A DNA stretch of 64,000 nt from Saccostrea cucullata (GCF_032062105.1 NW_026938238.1:1-64000); one strand, 5' to 3'. Positions 48,766 through 62,787 are shown, numbered from the stretch's first letter. Translations and numbers: made by a program. The notes: generated by a model from the letters alone, not told the origin.

Positions 48766-49600
48766 AGGTACTTGGACACAGATTTGAAGTTGATCTTTTC
48801 TCTATAATATTACGACTTATATATTTTAATAGCATTTCACACAAAAATTAATTAAAAATCTTATTTCATTTAAAAGTTATTAAAACTTTGAATTTTTTTG
48901 GCGGGTTTGATTGACACATCCTTGCACTTTCACAAATTTTAATTTTACTCTTAATACTTAGGAAAAGTGGCAATCTTGTTGTGTATAAATGAAAAATATT
49001 AATACTGTAAGTTACTTTTTATTCGCGAAAACTTTATTTTCGCGTAATTACGCGAGACAGTGAGCACGCAAAAATTTTATTCTCGCATATAATAGTATTC
49101 CTTAAGATTATATAGAGAAATATTAACAATTCATAAAAATTGTGTCTCGCTTATATAGAATCAATGACTATCTCGCGAAAATAAGGTGTCGCGAAAATTT
49201 AGTGATCTGCAGTACTAAAATCCAGAAAATTCAGAGTAGACATGTTCGAAAGCAAAACAAACACACAATATATACTTAGTCCGTGCAGTTGTGGTGAGCA
49301 GTCTTTTGCAATTGAACGCATCTGGTGAATCGTAAACATCAACAATAAATACAAAAATGTACATAACACGAGTGTGATGATTTGCACACAACACTTTAAA
49401 ACTTTGAAGAAGTTTTGCTTTCTAACATTTCTACTCTGAATAAAATTATTTTTCTGGATTAAAGTTTTAATATTTCTCATTAATACACAACAAGATTAAA
49501 ACATAATTTTGCAAAAAAATTGAAGTTTTAATAACTTTTAAATGAAATAAGAAAAATTTTTGTGTGAAATGCTATTAAATTATATGTCGTGATATTATAC
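48766..49600. mobile_element. Kolobok-like non-autonomous element with long inverted arms and a nested MITE (49003-49214)
   Basis: Starts TTAA|AGG. 48826-48900 is the reverse complement of 49512-49580. Right terminus not found. Nested element has tactgtaagttact / agtgatctgcagta ends and repeated tcgcgaaaa. Confidence 0.6.
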
Positions 49601-49991
49601 GCAAAATAAATACATCATTTTGCCCAGATATTGTAATGAAAATACTATTCTGACTTCAAAACTTTAAAACGTGTACACAACGCACAGAATCTCAGTTGTT
49701 GACCAAATATATCACACAGGAACTTATTCTACTATTGTTTGAAGCTTTTGCAATGCAATCAAAATCCCACGTTTGGATTTTTTTCTACTTTTTTTTCAGT
49801 GAATATGTAAAAGTTGGGTAATGCAGCAAAAAGATGGCTTTTGCTAAAATAAAAATATATATCAAAATATATCTCCAGATATCATTGCATTTACGAGTGT
49901 GATTCACTTTGGGCTTGTAGACTGGTATGATACCAGAATCACCATTTTATTTCCGGTATACTGCTTTGAACAGCTCATCCAGTGCTCAGGT

Positions 49992-52900
49992 CTAGCTCTG
50001 TTCATTGTTTAGGGTGTACACTGGCGTGATAGTAGATTCCGCCATTTTTTGCTCATACACTGCTGTGAACAGCTCATTCTGTGCTACCGTGAACCAGTTT
50101 CTCCAATCTCCCACGCAGCCTACAACATAAAATGAACGTTAGTTTTGGCGCCATACATTGCCAAAAGGTCGTTATGACAGCATGTCAAATAACCACGTCA
50201 AGGGCAGGTCAACCTTACATTCAATGGTTCCTAATTTATTGTATGGTCTATTTCTGTGGTACCAAGTACAGTAATGTAATTGACGAAAAAAAGGAACACT
50301 GCCCAACAATGGACGATTCTAGGACTCCGATAAATACAACTGAAGAAGTATAAGCAAATGTGGAAATTTTTACTTTTAGTTGTTTTTGTTTTGTTTATTT
50401 TTAAAAATTGTTTTAATCGAAAGTAATCTTATAATTTTCACATAAATATAAAAAGAAAGTATCACCAGTCCTTTTTGGGAATAAACCTGAGAAGTTTAAC
50501 AATTTTCATAACAATATTACGTAAATTTCAGGAAGTTCACAAGTTTTTCTTTTTTCAAAAAAACGTTGAAGAGTAAGTATTTCTTTCGTTTTGGAAAAAA
50601 ATGTGGACAAGTTTATGTTTACCTGGACAAGGATGTAAAAAAAAATCTTTTATCCATGAATTCGGAAGGACTTCAATGGTATTGATTTTATTGTTTCTCC
50701 CTTGTAAATAATTTTTTTTTAAATTTTCAAGCCAGGAAAGCTACTAATTTACCTTCTCCGACAGATTTCATCTCCATTACTGTGACATTTCCCCATTTCC
50801 TACCTTTTCAGTACATTCCAGGCTCTCCGTTTCTTTATTTTGTAATATCTCCCATTTTTAACCTTTTCGATACATTCCCGGCTCTTCATTCTGTAGTTGT
50901 TCCCTATTTTTTTTTTACCTTTTCGGCATACATTTTTTGTACATCTTAGGTTCTTCACCTCTGTAATATCCTCTATTTCTTACATTTTCGATACATCCCT
51001 GGCTTGTCATTCTGTTTCATTTTAAATTTGTCCTCTATTTCTTACATTTTTGGTACATTCCTGACTATATATTATTAATAGCGCCCCCCATGCTTACCTT
51101 TTCGGTACATACCTTATACTCTCCATTTGTAGGGTCCCGCATTTCTAAATTTTTCGGTACATTCCTAGCTGGCTCTTCATTCTGTAGTGTCCTCTATTTC
51201 TGACCTTTTTCGTATATTCTTAGCTCATATTATATATATTGTCCTTCATTTCTTACACTTTCGGTACATTCCTGGCTCTTTATTATAAATAGTATCCTCC
51301 GTTTCTTACCTTTTCGGTACATTTTCCTGATTCTGTCCTCTAGTTCTTTCCTTTTCGGCACATCCCCGGCACTCTATTATGCATAGAGTCCTCTATCTTT
51401 TACTTTGTTGGTACATTCCTGTCTCTGTTCTTCATTTCTGACCTTTTCAGTACATTCATGGCTCTTTATTATGTATATTGTCCTTCATTTGTTACCTTTT
51501 CGGAACATTCCTGATTCTCAATTATGTATAGTGTCCTCAATTTCCTTTTCTGTACATTCCTGGCTCTCTATTATTTATAATGTCCTCCATTTCTGACCCT
51601 TTCGGTACATTCCTGGCTCTGTCCTTCATTTCTGACCTTTTCAGTACATTCATGGCTCTATATTTTGTATAATGTCCTCCATTTCTTACCTTTTCGGTAC
51701 ATTCCTGGCTCTCCGTCTTTCCATTCTGTTATATCCTCTAAAGGGTCCTTTTCTTCTTTCATCACCAAGAATGAGCACTGGGCAGAAATATCATGTGACA
51801 GGTCGCTACTGCAACTGACTGCTAAGAATTCTGCCAAGTTTCTGATCTCGTGTTCAGGGGACTAAAAAGACCAATTACAGAACACTATATTGTAGAACCA
51901 GTTTGCTACTTAAAGGATTTCCAGATTAAAAGATGTATTTCCAAGTTTTCCATCTATTTTCAGAGATGAAAAAAAAAATTGCTTCATTCAAAAGCTAGAT
52001 TGAGTGTAAGCTACCACGAATTTCCAGTTAATCCTTTACACAAAAAATGTATAAAATAATTGCCTGATATGTAATTTATCTATTTCGGTTTTAAACTACC
52101 ACCCCTGATCGGAAAAGGGTACCATATGAACAAATCAAGTTCGAGATTGAGTACCTTTGTTTTCTGAAGATAGATACACTGTATAATGCATCTTTGATGT
52201 AGGTTGGCCTAATAAGTTCTGAATTAACATGATTGTACAGAAGTTTAGGATAAACTGAAGTCGTTTTCGAAAGAGTATATGCATTTTAGCTAGAAAAAGT
52301 AAAATTGCTCTTAGATGCTGCCCCCTTACTTTCGTTTTGTAAGGTCGAACACTGGTATATTCCAGATTTTTGACAGTTAATGAGGTCTCTTTTAAAAAAA
52401 AAAAAAAAGAAAAAAAACCTGCTCGTCAATGCAATTTTAAGATGGTAAGTTGTTCCCCTCCTCAACTTTTGAAACCGTTGATACGGGCATGCTTATGACA
52501 GGTTGTCTTAATTCAAGCAATCGTATTCAGTCTATACACAAATAGAGGTTTTGTTAATTCTCGTCTGCTGTCAAGTTTGAAGCATAAGCGCTCCACGTGT
52601 AAGTCTGTAGATGACGAAATGATAGGATTTTGTACAATTGACAGCGGAGATGAGAAGAAACAACCTACATGTGCTGGGAGTTATTGAAAGCAGATGGACT
52701 GATTCAGGAAAATACGTACAACAGCAATTGCAACACTACTGTATTCTGATCAAGAGGATGGACATCATAAAGAGTTTGCAGATATTTCCCAACAAAGAAG
52801 GTTGACAGATCTTTAATGGATCGGAAGCCAATCAGCAGTAGATTGCTAACAGTACGGCTTAGCGGAAAGCAAGACACGTGTCACAAGACACTATTCCAAT

Positions 52901-55900
52901 GCTATGCACCTACTGACGATGCAGATGAAAAGGACAAGAATGCTTTTCATCAACTACTTCAGAAAGAGAAAGAACTAGATAACACATCAGGTAGATTATG
53001 ATGTTGCTATCATCATGGGTAAAATGAATGCCAAATTCGGAGCAGATAATGAACTGGTAATGGGAAACATGGTTGTGGGATCATGAATGAAAGTGGAGAG
53101 ACTGCAGAGTTTTGTACCACCAACAACTATGTATTTGGAGAAACACTACTCCACCATCGAAAGATTCATACGTTAAACTGACAATCTCCAAACATGAGAG
53201 ACCAAAATCAAATTGACCTCATCATGATAAATAGAAAATGGAAACGATCTTTTATGGTATGAGGGTGGAGAGAGTTGCCGATGTAGATAACGATCCCATC
53301 GGCAAACAGCAACTATCAAACTAAATCTAAGGAGCACAGAGATAATTAAAGGACATATGGCAAGAAAGAAATTAGATGTGGATAAACTTAAAGACACCAA
53401 GATACAAAATGAATTCAGTATTATGCTTAGGAATAAGTTTGATGTACAGGGCTGTATTACAAACTTAAGAAGCAGTGGACAACATACATGTAACATCAAT
53501 CGACGAAAAGTGTGGGGAAAATTAACATCTAAACTGAAACAATTGTTAAATGCATTGGTTATAGGCAAAATCAAAGGAGTAAAGACTGGATAACACCTAG
53601 ATGATGGATAATGATTGGCTCAAGGAGAAAAGAAAGTGCATGCGACAAAATCTCCGAGACTTAAAGAGACATCAAAGGGAATTCAGTGAAATAGAGAAGG
53701 GCGTAAAAAGGCTATACGCTCAGACAAGACAGCATCCATACCGTAGGTGCCCTAGCAACAAAAACAGAAATGGCAGTCAACAAAGAAGAGCAAGAAAACC
53801 TTTACAAAATAAACAAAGTCAGTGAGTGGCAGGAATAGACTATCTCCAAAGCTATTTTAATCTAACTGTCAGGGACAAAAGAGGAAAGTTGCTGTCATCA
53901 GAGAAAGAGATGGAGGAACGGTGGACAGCATTTTAAGGAATTCTAAAATAATCCACCTCCAGCTCATGAACCTGACATCAGTGTTCCAGCAGATGTCCTA
54001 AATACCAGCATTGAACCACCACAAATTCAAGAAACCAGGTTATGACAGTCTTTTTAGAATTGTTTACGACAAATCCACTTCTTACGGCCATGATTTTACA
54101 ACCAATTTTCCATGACATCTGGGAAAGCAACAGCATTCAAAATGAATGGAACCATGGAGTAATCATGAAAATACCAAAGAAAGGTAACCTGTATGACTGC
54201 AACAATTGGCAAGAAATACTTCTTTCCATCCCAATTAAGATTATGGGTAAAATCATCATCAGAATATTCGCATCTGTAGATGTCAAAGTGTAAAGAAGCA
54301 GGGTTTAGTCCAGGGCGAGGATGTATTGATCAAGTTTTTACACTAAGAAACATCATTGAACGGTGTAAAGAATGACAACGATAATGATAAATTAATTTTA
54401 TTGATTTCTAAAAAGTCTTCCCAGTATTCATAGAGACGGTACTATATTCTCTGGAAAATTAAGCGGTCCTAGGGCATCCCACAACATCCAATAGATGTCA
54501 TTAAGAGTTTTTGTCAATTTCAGGTGCAGAGTTGGAAACAACAGCATTGGGTTTGACGTTAAAACAGGAGTACGTCAAGGCTGTATAATGTCATCAACAC
54601 TATTCATTATAACCATTGACTTGGTCATGAAGAATACAACATCTGTTATTCCAAGAGGAATCAGATAGGGTACATATACAACACTAGAAGACCTGGACTC
54701 TGCCGATGATATATTCTTTTTCTCTCACTCCCACCAGTGCATTCAAAACAAAACCAGCAGGCTCCACAAATATGCAGGAAGCATTGGACTGAAGATCAGC
54801 ACCAAAAAGATAGAGGTCATGACTCTACATATAAACAACCCACAAGCAATCAAAGTGGAAAATCATATCCTTCCATGCACAACACCTTTTCATACTGGGT
54901 AGCAAAGTAAAACAGATGGTGGATCAGAGACTGACATCAATCAGAGACTATCCAAAGCAAGAGCAGCATTCAACAACCTACAAACTGTCTGGAGATCAAG
55001 TCAGTACACAATAAGAACAAAGCTGAAACTATACAAGAGCTGCATTCTACCTATCCTCTTGTATGGATCAGAGTGTTGGATAATGACAGAGAGTGACCTA
55101 AGCAAGCTGTCGACATTCCATACAAATTCCCTAAGAAGGATCCTAAGAATATTTTGACCAAACACCATCTCAAATCAGGACCTTCTCAACAGGTGCCAGC
55201 AAGAGGACATGGCCACAATTATCATCAGAAGACGCTGGAACTGGATTGGCAATGTACTTAGAAGGGACTCAGTATCATAAAGACAGCTCTCTTCTGGACA
55301 CCTAAGGGAAAACGAAAGAGAGGAAGTCACTTGGTGAAGGACAGAAAGCTGGGGGTACACTCCAAAATGTACCTTGACAGACAAGGACGAGAACCCTGGT
55401 TACTGCCCTATACGCCAAAAGCGCCACGGGCAGTAAGTAAGTAATTAAATTCTCTTAATTTCTTTGTATAATATCATGACTTGTATGTTGTTATAACATT
55501 TCACACGATAAACGTGATGACTTTAACTTTCCTATAGTCAACTTCCCTTACCTATGCAGCAATATACTAGTACCTTAATTCATCACCTGCATACGGAGTT
55601 GTTTATATATCTCAGTTGATTCGATACGCAAGAGCATGCTCTACGTATGAACAATAAAAACGAGGTAAATTATTGACAAACAAGTTGATGAAACAAGAAT
55701 TTCAGCTGTCTCGTTTAAAGTTATCATTTCGTAAGTTCTATGGTCGATACAATGGCCTTGTCAGCAAATACAATTTATCATTGAGTCAAACGCTGACTGA
55801 CGTTTTTCGTACTTATTGTTAGTTCACTATTTATACACTGAATTGACGACGGATTTTTCCGTTATTTCCCGAACATGACAAGGAGCACACGGCGGGTGTG

Positions 55901-58780
55901 ACCGGTCGGCAGGGGATGCTCACTCCTCCATGGCACGTGATCCCACCTCTGATGTTTCGGAGGTCTGTGTTTGCTCTGCTCCTATTTTGTATCGTTTTAT
56001 GGACCTTTGATCTTGAAAACTGTTCCTTATCTCCATATGTTTCACCCGAAATATGATTAAAGCGTGTTCAGTACTAGTGACTTATTTTATCTGGATATTA
56101 TTAAAACTACGACATTCGGGACGCATTAGATTGATACATCTGTGTCCAGGCCCATTGAAGTTTATTGCTTGAGCAGAGTTGTTTTACCTGATGCAGACTT
56201 TCGTATGTCAGGGTATGGAATGGGAGGTCTGGAGACGTCTTCATTGATTTCTCCCAGTGAAGAACGTAGTCGAACCAGGAACCGTAATCAACTGAAAGTA
56301 GAAAAGCTCATCGAGCACTCTTTTAAATCATTACAAGTATACGAGGGACGTTGAATAAATACTAGTAGGTAAAAGATGGTAAAAATAAGACGAGCACAAA
56401 AAGTAGTTTCTTTATAATTTTTATCCCATAAAATATTCCCTGTACCCTTTCAAAACTAAAGATACATGTATGTAAAGTCAGCAAGGGTCAATGTAATTGT
56501 TAACTGAATAAAGACGCATATACATGTACCAAATAGTGCTCAGCCAAAAATCAACCAAATAAACCCGAAAAAGAGGCATAAAACAAATATTATTGTTGAT
56601 CTTCAGTCAGTCAAAAGATTTCAGTAAATTGAATATAATATAGTTATAGAAGATTTTGATGTCAATGGATGGGAAATATAATTATTGGTAAACTAAGATC
56701 AATAGTCAACAAAATAGGTTTACAAACAACAATAACTCCAAAATCAACCAAATGAGCTCAAAGAAATTTTTTACCACTCGTTCAATTTTGTTTTGTTTCA
56801 AAAATATCCATTGAGATGAGAAATCGCATGGTTTGGGATGATCAACAAAAACACGAATGACTCGTCAAATTACACCTCATATTACATGCATTTTCACTGG
56901 TTTCAGAGACCTACTGGTTATAAGTATGTATATTGCATTTGTTTTATATTGTGCCTTTGTAATATTTAAGAACTGGCCACTACATTTTATAGCTTGTTTA
57001 TACTCAGAAGAGGTTAACCGACTAGTATTTCATTACAGAACGTGAGAATGCAGTGAACCACACACACACACACCTTTTCCGTATAGGAATCGTCCCAGAT
57101 ATGACCTCCAACTTCCGGAATACTCGTAGTCGAGTAATCGTACGTGATGATTATAAAAGGAAACGGCCACGTCTTTGGGATTACGAAGCACGTAGATCAT
57201 CTTACATCTTTTGTCAACAAAGTCTTTAGGTATGTCTGAAAATAGCATGTGCGTGTTCAGTACTCTAGGCGATAACATATTTTGCAATGCAAACCCGGAT
57301 CCACATTCCAACATGGCGGATTCTTTCATTGATGGTATTCGAACGGCTTTCTGGTCCAGTATCATCTTCACAATTTCCCAAACCCAATGTGTCCCTGCAA
57401 ATTTAAATAAGGATTAAAACCCAAAAGCCAACTAAAATATTCGAAACAAATATGTTGAAATACGATACATAAAATTCTTTTACGTTTACTCGTAAACATA
57501 TATTGTGGTAAAACGAAACTGAAAATATAGTTTTAACGTCTTAATGAAGGTATCACACCGGTAATTGACCAATCAAAATGTAGGTCCATATATATAAAAT
57601 TAATTTTCTTTTCTTTTGAGGCGTTTTTCTATTTTCTTCCAAGCCATTTTTACAACTTTGGTACCTGTGCCTAGTAAATTTTATGTACTTTGTGAATAAA
57701 TAAAAGTTTTTGACAGGAACTATTTTTTTCAGGGCATAGGAGGCTACTTCCTGTGATGCACTCGAGGTGTTTATAAACAAAGTGAAAACACGTGGATTTG
57801 AGGGTAGCCCTGTTTGCAGATGGAAAAAGTCCGAAAATGCCGTGTGGGTACCCTGTTTTTTGGTGTCAGCTAATGTGACAGGTAATGTTTATCACCTCCT
57901 GCTAAAATTTTTTCTTTAATTTTTACGATTTTTTACTATATAGAATTATATAGTGAAAACATATTTTGCGTTAAAACGAAACTGAAAATATATTGTACAA
58001 TTGAACGTTTGTTGTCACACTATTTATCAGACTGGTAACGGTCAAAAAGTCACCGGGGATTATAAATGTGGTTACTCAACCTGTGTTGATTACGTTTTGT
58101 TTTTTCTGTTTTTTACTGCGGTCTGCCATTTCCGCATTGCACTGTGGTTTTTCTTGTGGTCTGCCGAGCAACTCCTAACTTACATGTATGGATTGTAATC
58201 TCTACGAGTCAAACGTTTTTTGAGCATTAAAAAATGCTTGAAAATTTATTTATTTATTTTTATTAAGAGCTGGGAGAATTTTGTAGTTGTATACTAAAAT
58301 CACCCAGCTGGCTCTGGGGCCATAAAACTGAGACGAGTTCACTTTTGATTTCAGCCTCACCTTTTACCAAAGGGATTAATAGTAGAAAAGTGAGACTGAG
58401 ATCAAAACTGGGCTCATCTAAGTTTTATGACCTCGGGGCCAGATGCAAGTCATACTGATGATTAGTTCGATTACTATCACTTTAATTCTAAAGGATTACT
58501 GAAATAACCTCAAGCTTTACTAGTATAGAACTACTGCGTTTACTTTACCACACTAATTGCTACATTCTATTCAAAAAGATATTCTAAAAACCTGCTATGT
58601 TTTACCTGACTTTGGGTAAGCACAGATGAGAACGTCATCACTCCTAGCTTTCCATGACGTCATATTACGGAGCTCTTCCTCTTGGTCGTGAGGGGTCCTC
58701 AGTATGGGGAAGTATCGCCCGTTGACCTCAAGAAGGGACATCATGTCCCCAGCATCGTCTGCTACCTTAACAATAGGCAT
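49992..58780 (-). CDS. Cytosolic PAPS-dependent sulfotransferase (SULT1-like), 5 exons, ~299 aa
   Basis: Exons 58780-58606, 57394-57074, 56291-56188, 51861-51690, 50119-49992 (900 nt, phase-consistent). 5'-PSB motif AYPKSGTHW, catalytic region LNTH, 3'-PB motif RNPKDVAVSFY, YGSWFDY, and MYRKG-CVGDWRNWFT. Confidence 0.94.
50750..51689 (-). repeat. Minisatellite of ~18 degenerate 40-60-bp units derived from the sulfotransferase exon 4/intron 4 junction
   Basis: Plus-strand unit gtcctccatttcttaccttttcggtacattcctggctct reads AGAGCCAGGAATGTACCGAAAAG|GTAAGAAATGGAGGAC on the minus strand, identical to the real exon end and donor at 51690. Confidence 0.92.
52590..55443 (+). mobile_element. Near full-length degenerate RTE-clade LINE in sulfotransferase intron 3 (antisense to the gene)
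   Basis: Endonuclease remnants (QCYAPTDDA, NQIDL), RT remnants (IPKKGNLYDCNNW, GVRQGCIMS, DLDSADDI, LLYGSECW), (GTAA)n tail at 55433-55445; many stops and frameshifts. Confidence 0.9.
55503..56040 (+). mobile_element. Penelope-like retroelement 3' fragment
   Basis: DKRDDFNFPIVNFPYLCSNI..SPAYGV..SQLIRYARACS..FRKFYGRY plus the conserved tail; paralogous to 100-700. Confidence 0.6.
58313..58442. mobile_element. Small palindromic MITE
   Basis: ctggggccataaaact..ttttgatttcagcctcac / gtgagactgagatcaaaa..agttttatgacctcggggccag. Confidence 0.6.
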
Positions 58781-61700
58781 TTCACTTCTTCAACTTACTT
58801 TCATAAGGCTGCTCTCAAAGTATTCTAGGAGGGCATGGTTACCCTCAACTACTAGTAACTGAATGCAACCAACACAGCCGGACAAAAACTGTACGTAGTC
58901 TATGACTATCTTCAACACCTTTCAGTTCGTACTTTTAGAAGAAGTCTGAGCTTTACTCCAAAAAAGGCCGCCAATATATTGGAAAGTTTCACAGACCTTT
59001 ACATCTCTATAGATTAATGGTACTCGGAAGACTGTCATGTAGAATCGTGGTGTTAAACTACATCGACGATCTCTAGCCCTGGGACTTAATTCTTCTGCAA
59101 CAAATTGATTATTGGAAAAAGACCGCGTTTTGAGCTTATTTTGATTGTAGGTCATTGATTTCAACAAGCAGAATTTGTGTTTAAAGAGCAATAGAATTAC
59201 ATAATTATTGTTGGGGAAAGACATTTTATTGACTCATGCAGCGAGCAAATTAAAAAGGGAATTATAGAAACCCAACACTAGTATTTTATGAGATCATCAA
59301 GTTTAGAGTCTTTATTGTGATTAACAGTAATGTTATACTGTTAAACCAGAGATCCCTGGTGAGGTTAAAGCTCTATTGGCTAGATCGTACACATTTTATG
59401 TCCATAATTCGAAGATTCGGGAATATCGAATATATAGTAGTTATTGCTCTGCCCGTTCGTCCGCATGTGTCCTTGTCCACAAAAAGTTTAACCTTGTCCT
59501 TAACTTATGAAGGTTAAATCTATAGTTTTATTTATATTTCACTTGTGTATTCCTGTAAGAACTTTCTTTGGGCACCAACAAAATACCTTGACTTTTTAAG
59601 ATCTTGAGCCAAAAAGAAGATGGGTGAACATGGCGGGCAAAGTGCCTGTAGTGCGACAAACATGAAATGAAAAATGAATGTCAAAATTTTCTTTGATATT
59701 TTATCTAACATAAAACTTATAAGTATACTTTATGTAAAATCTCTACAATTTACAAAAATTTCACAAAGACTGAAATAAGTTGTCTATGAAATGGCGTACG
59801 CACACTAAATAGGAGGGAAAAAAACATACTTAGTCTCATACTTTAACAATTTCTTTTTCGACATGAGTGGGTCTTCGCTTCATTTTTTAAAATTGAAATC
59901 TAAAAGTTGGCAAAACCATTAGCATGTCATAACTTAATTGCATAAATTTACTTATTTTTTCAATTAGAAATATATCAGATGGAACTGATCATTGAAAAAA
60001 AAAGATGCATCATATTTTGAGCTTACAAACAGATAAACAGACAAAAAATGAACACTTCCAATGCATCGTGCGTCGAACAGTTGAGTGAATTTAGCTTGAA
60101 AAATGCTAGCTGCAGAACTGTAGCTCTCTCACCCGAAAATATATATTCTTATGTTTTCATACAGAAAAAAAATCCTGGTTTTGTCAATTTGTATCAATTT
60201 GGAATTTCCCAATCTATTTTCAGATCAATGTAGAGGAAATACAGTTCAGGTCAATACAACATAGTATTTTTCTAACATAGTTGGATCTCAGCCAATCAGA
60301 GAGATGGAAATTAAAATATAACATTTTATGCATATATTTTGAGAATATTGTGTTTAAAGGCAAAACATGTCTATGTCTAATACATGTATTAACGTCCACG
60401 AATGTTTTATATGGAATTTTACTAGTATTTTTAATCAACATTATTTTATGGTTTGTACATGCCCTTACTCGCGAGAATTATTTGTGTTTACTTCTGTATG
60501 TAAACACAAGTGTTTGTCCTAGTAAATTTTGGTATGACATGGTGAGTGGTCGTAAACTGCCGGACGCTCTCTCACAGAAATGAGCCGTCATGTTGTGATT
60601 GAAATATGGCGTCTTGCAGATGAGTTGATGATTTGACAATCAGAAATTGCGCTACATTGCAATACCGAATGCATAATTTATGACGAATTTCATGGAAAAT
60701 GCAATAACCTGAATCTTTTTACATATAACAAGGCTGAATATATCTCATCTGTCATTCAGTCCTCAAGGCATGACTTAATTAATTCCTGCATTGTATTTTT
60801 TTGTCTTTGTTTCTTTGTTATTTTTTTAAAAATGCAATACGTTTTGTGAAAAGTAAATTAGTTTATGAAATGTTCTTATACCAAAAGGTTTATGAGGTCA
60901 TTTGAAGAGTGTATTGTACATTATACACAATAAAAAAATCAATTGCATTTCCATTGAAAGAAATATTGAAAAACTGTATCATTATCATTGTAACACTTCT
61001 GTGTGGTAGATAAGGGAGATAAAATATGTTTGCGGTATATGTATCCTAAGGAATCTTCTCCTGCGACACGGGTCCTCGATTTACACAATCTCTTTCTCCG
61101 GGGGGTGGGGGGGGGGGGGGGTGTTAAGCATCACTATTCATTGGTCACATCCGCCATGAACTCTATGTATCTGATCAGGTTGAAATTCCTCTAATGATAC
61201 TCGGAGTGTGATCTTGAGCATCTGGAGAGATAAGCACCACATGCAACTGATAACAGAGTATATGCAAATTCCAGGATATAGTTTTTTGGTATAGAATATC
61301 ATTCTTGGTCTAAATTGGCCAGTTTTATTTCACATCAAAAGGACATCATCTTGAAAAAGATAAATTGGTTGTTATATAAAACGAATATAAGGAGCTATTG
61401 GTGGTGTGCTGTAGATGTGTAACGCGATTTAAGTTTGACTTCTTCATTTGGGAGGAGGGGTGTAGTCTAAATCCTTTTTTCTACTAAAATCTTTGTTTCC
61501 AAAACCTAATATTTTTTTCAGCGACTACTGCATTATATTTTCCTTTATATGATTAGCCTTGTACTTGGAGCAACAAGTTTCAGAATTTACTTTTCATTCT
61601 AGAAGACCGATTTGGCGTTTTGGATAAAACCTATTTTTTCGTGATATATTTTAGAAAAAAATTGTTGGTGTCCCAAAGTTGTGCAATTGGGCTTCAGAAT

Positions 61701-61783
61701 TCCAGTTTCATCCGATGCCATTTAAAGACGGAAAACCATGTTTTCAACGAATCCCCATTTATTTATTTTTTTTAATAAAATAA

Positions 61784-62787
61784 TAGGGATGTCAACGAGT
61801 ACCCGGTTAACCGGGTACTCGATCGAACGTCCGAGTATCGAATACTAAAATCAGTACTCGGTTACTCGGATGTATATTTTTGAATATTTCTTAGCTTGTT
61901 TATTAATGCATTAAACAATCTGTTTTAAAGCGTAAAATACTCATTGCACTTGTACATCAGTAATTAGGGTTTCCTACTCCTCTAAATGACCGTTATCGCC
62001 CGGCCGTGGCCGTGTTTTTACTGTAATTATCGTGACAAAGCACCTGTAACCTGGCTTTTCTCACCTTTGGCTGTCTTCTACCCTTATTATTGATTCACTT
62101 TAATTATTTGTTTTCACTGAACATCGTTTAAGGTCTATTATGATTTAATAAATTTGACAATCTTGTTAATTCTGCGAGAAGTCTTTTAAAAATTCTCGGG
62201 AAAAGAAGACCGATGATATTGCCCGCGCGATTGTTGATATGGGTGTGTTTGATTACCTGCCAATACAAATGGTTGAAGACAAAGGCTTAAAAAAACTTAT
62301 GTCCATCATTGCACCAAACTACAAAATACCGTCCCATAATACTAGAAAATCTATGTTCGAAAAGTGTACTAAAACCGTAAATCCGCTCTGTTAGGCGAAC
62401 TTGATCAAGTTCAAGTTAAACTGTACGACTGATACCTGGACGTCAAACGCAACAAAGAGTTACATTACATATATACGGAGCAGATTAATTTTTGAAACAA
62501 GAAATCTGTGAACTACTTATGATTTTATTTCTTGTGTTTATCTGATGAATAAATTGAACATAAACGATGTTATATTGAATTTCACCGGGCACGAAGTGCT
62601 CATCGTTGTTACAACAGAAATACACTAACGGGTAAACCTCCTATCAAAGCATGTGGTTTTATTTCTACAAGAGTTTACAATGTTTACTTGTTCATATTTA
62701 TTTACACTTTTACCGAGTACCCGGGTACTCGATCGGAAAAACGTCCGAGTAACCGAGTATTAAAAATTGACCGATTTGACATCCCTA
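61784..62787 (+). mobile_element. Internally deleted hAT transposon
   Basis: TIRs TAGGGATGTCAA / TTGACATCCCTA, 8-bp TSD TAAAATAA (61776-61783, 62788-62795), subterminal cgagtac/gtactcg repeats. Transposase remnants DYLPIQMVEDKGLKKLMSIIAPNYKIPS and CTTDTWTSNATKSYIT. Confidence 0.92.

Noticed and set aside
56340-57010. Possible mariner-type MITE starting tacgaggg
   Set aside because: No matching right TIR could be identified.
1337-58780. A dedicated CYP plus sulfotransferase detoxification or biosynthetic gene cluster
   Set aside because: The genes are separated by unrelated housekeeping genes and both families are large in molluscs. Nothing in the sequence shows co-regulation.
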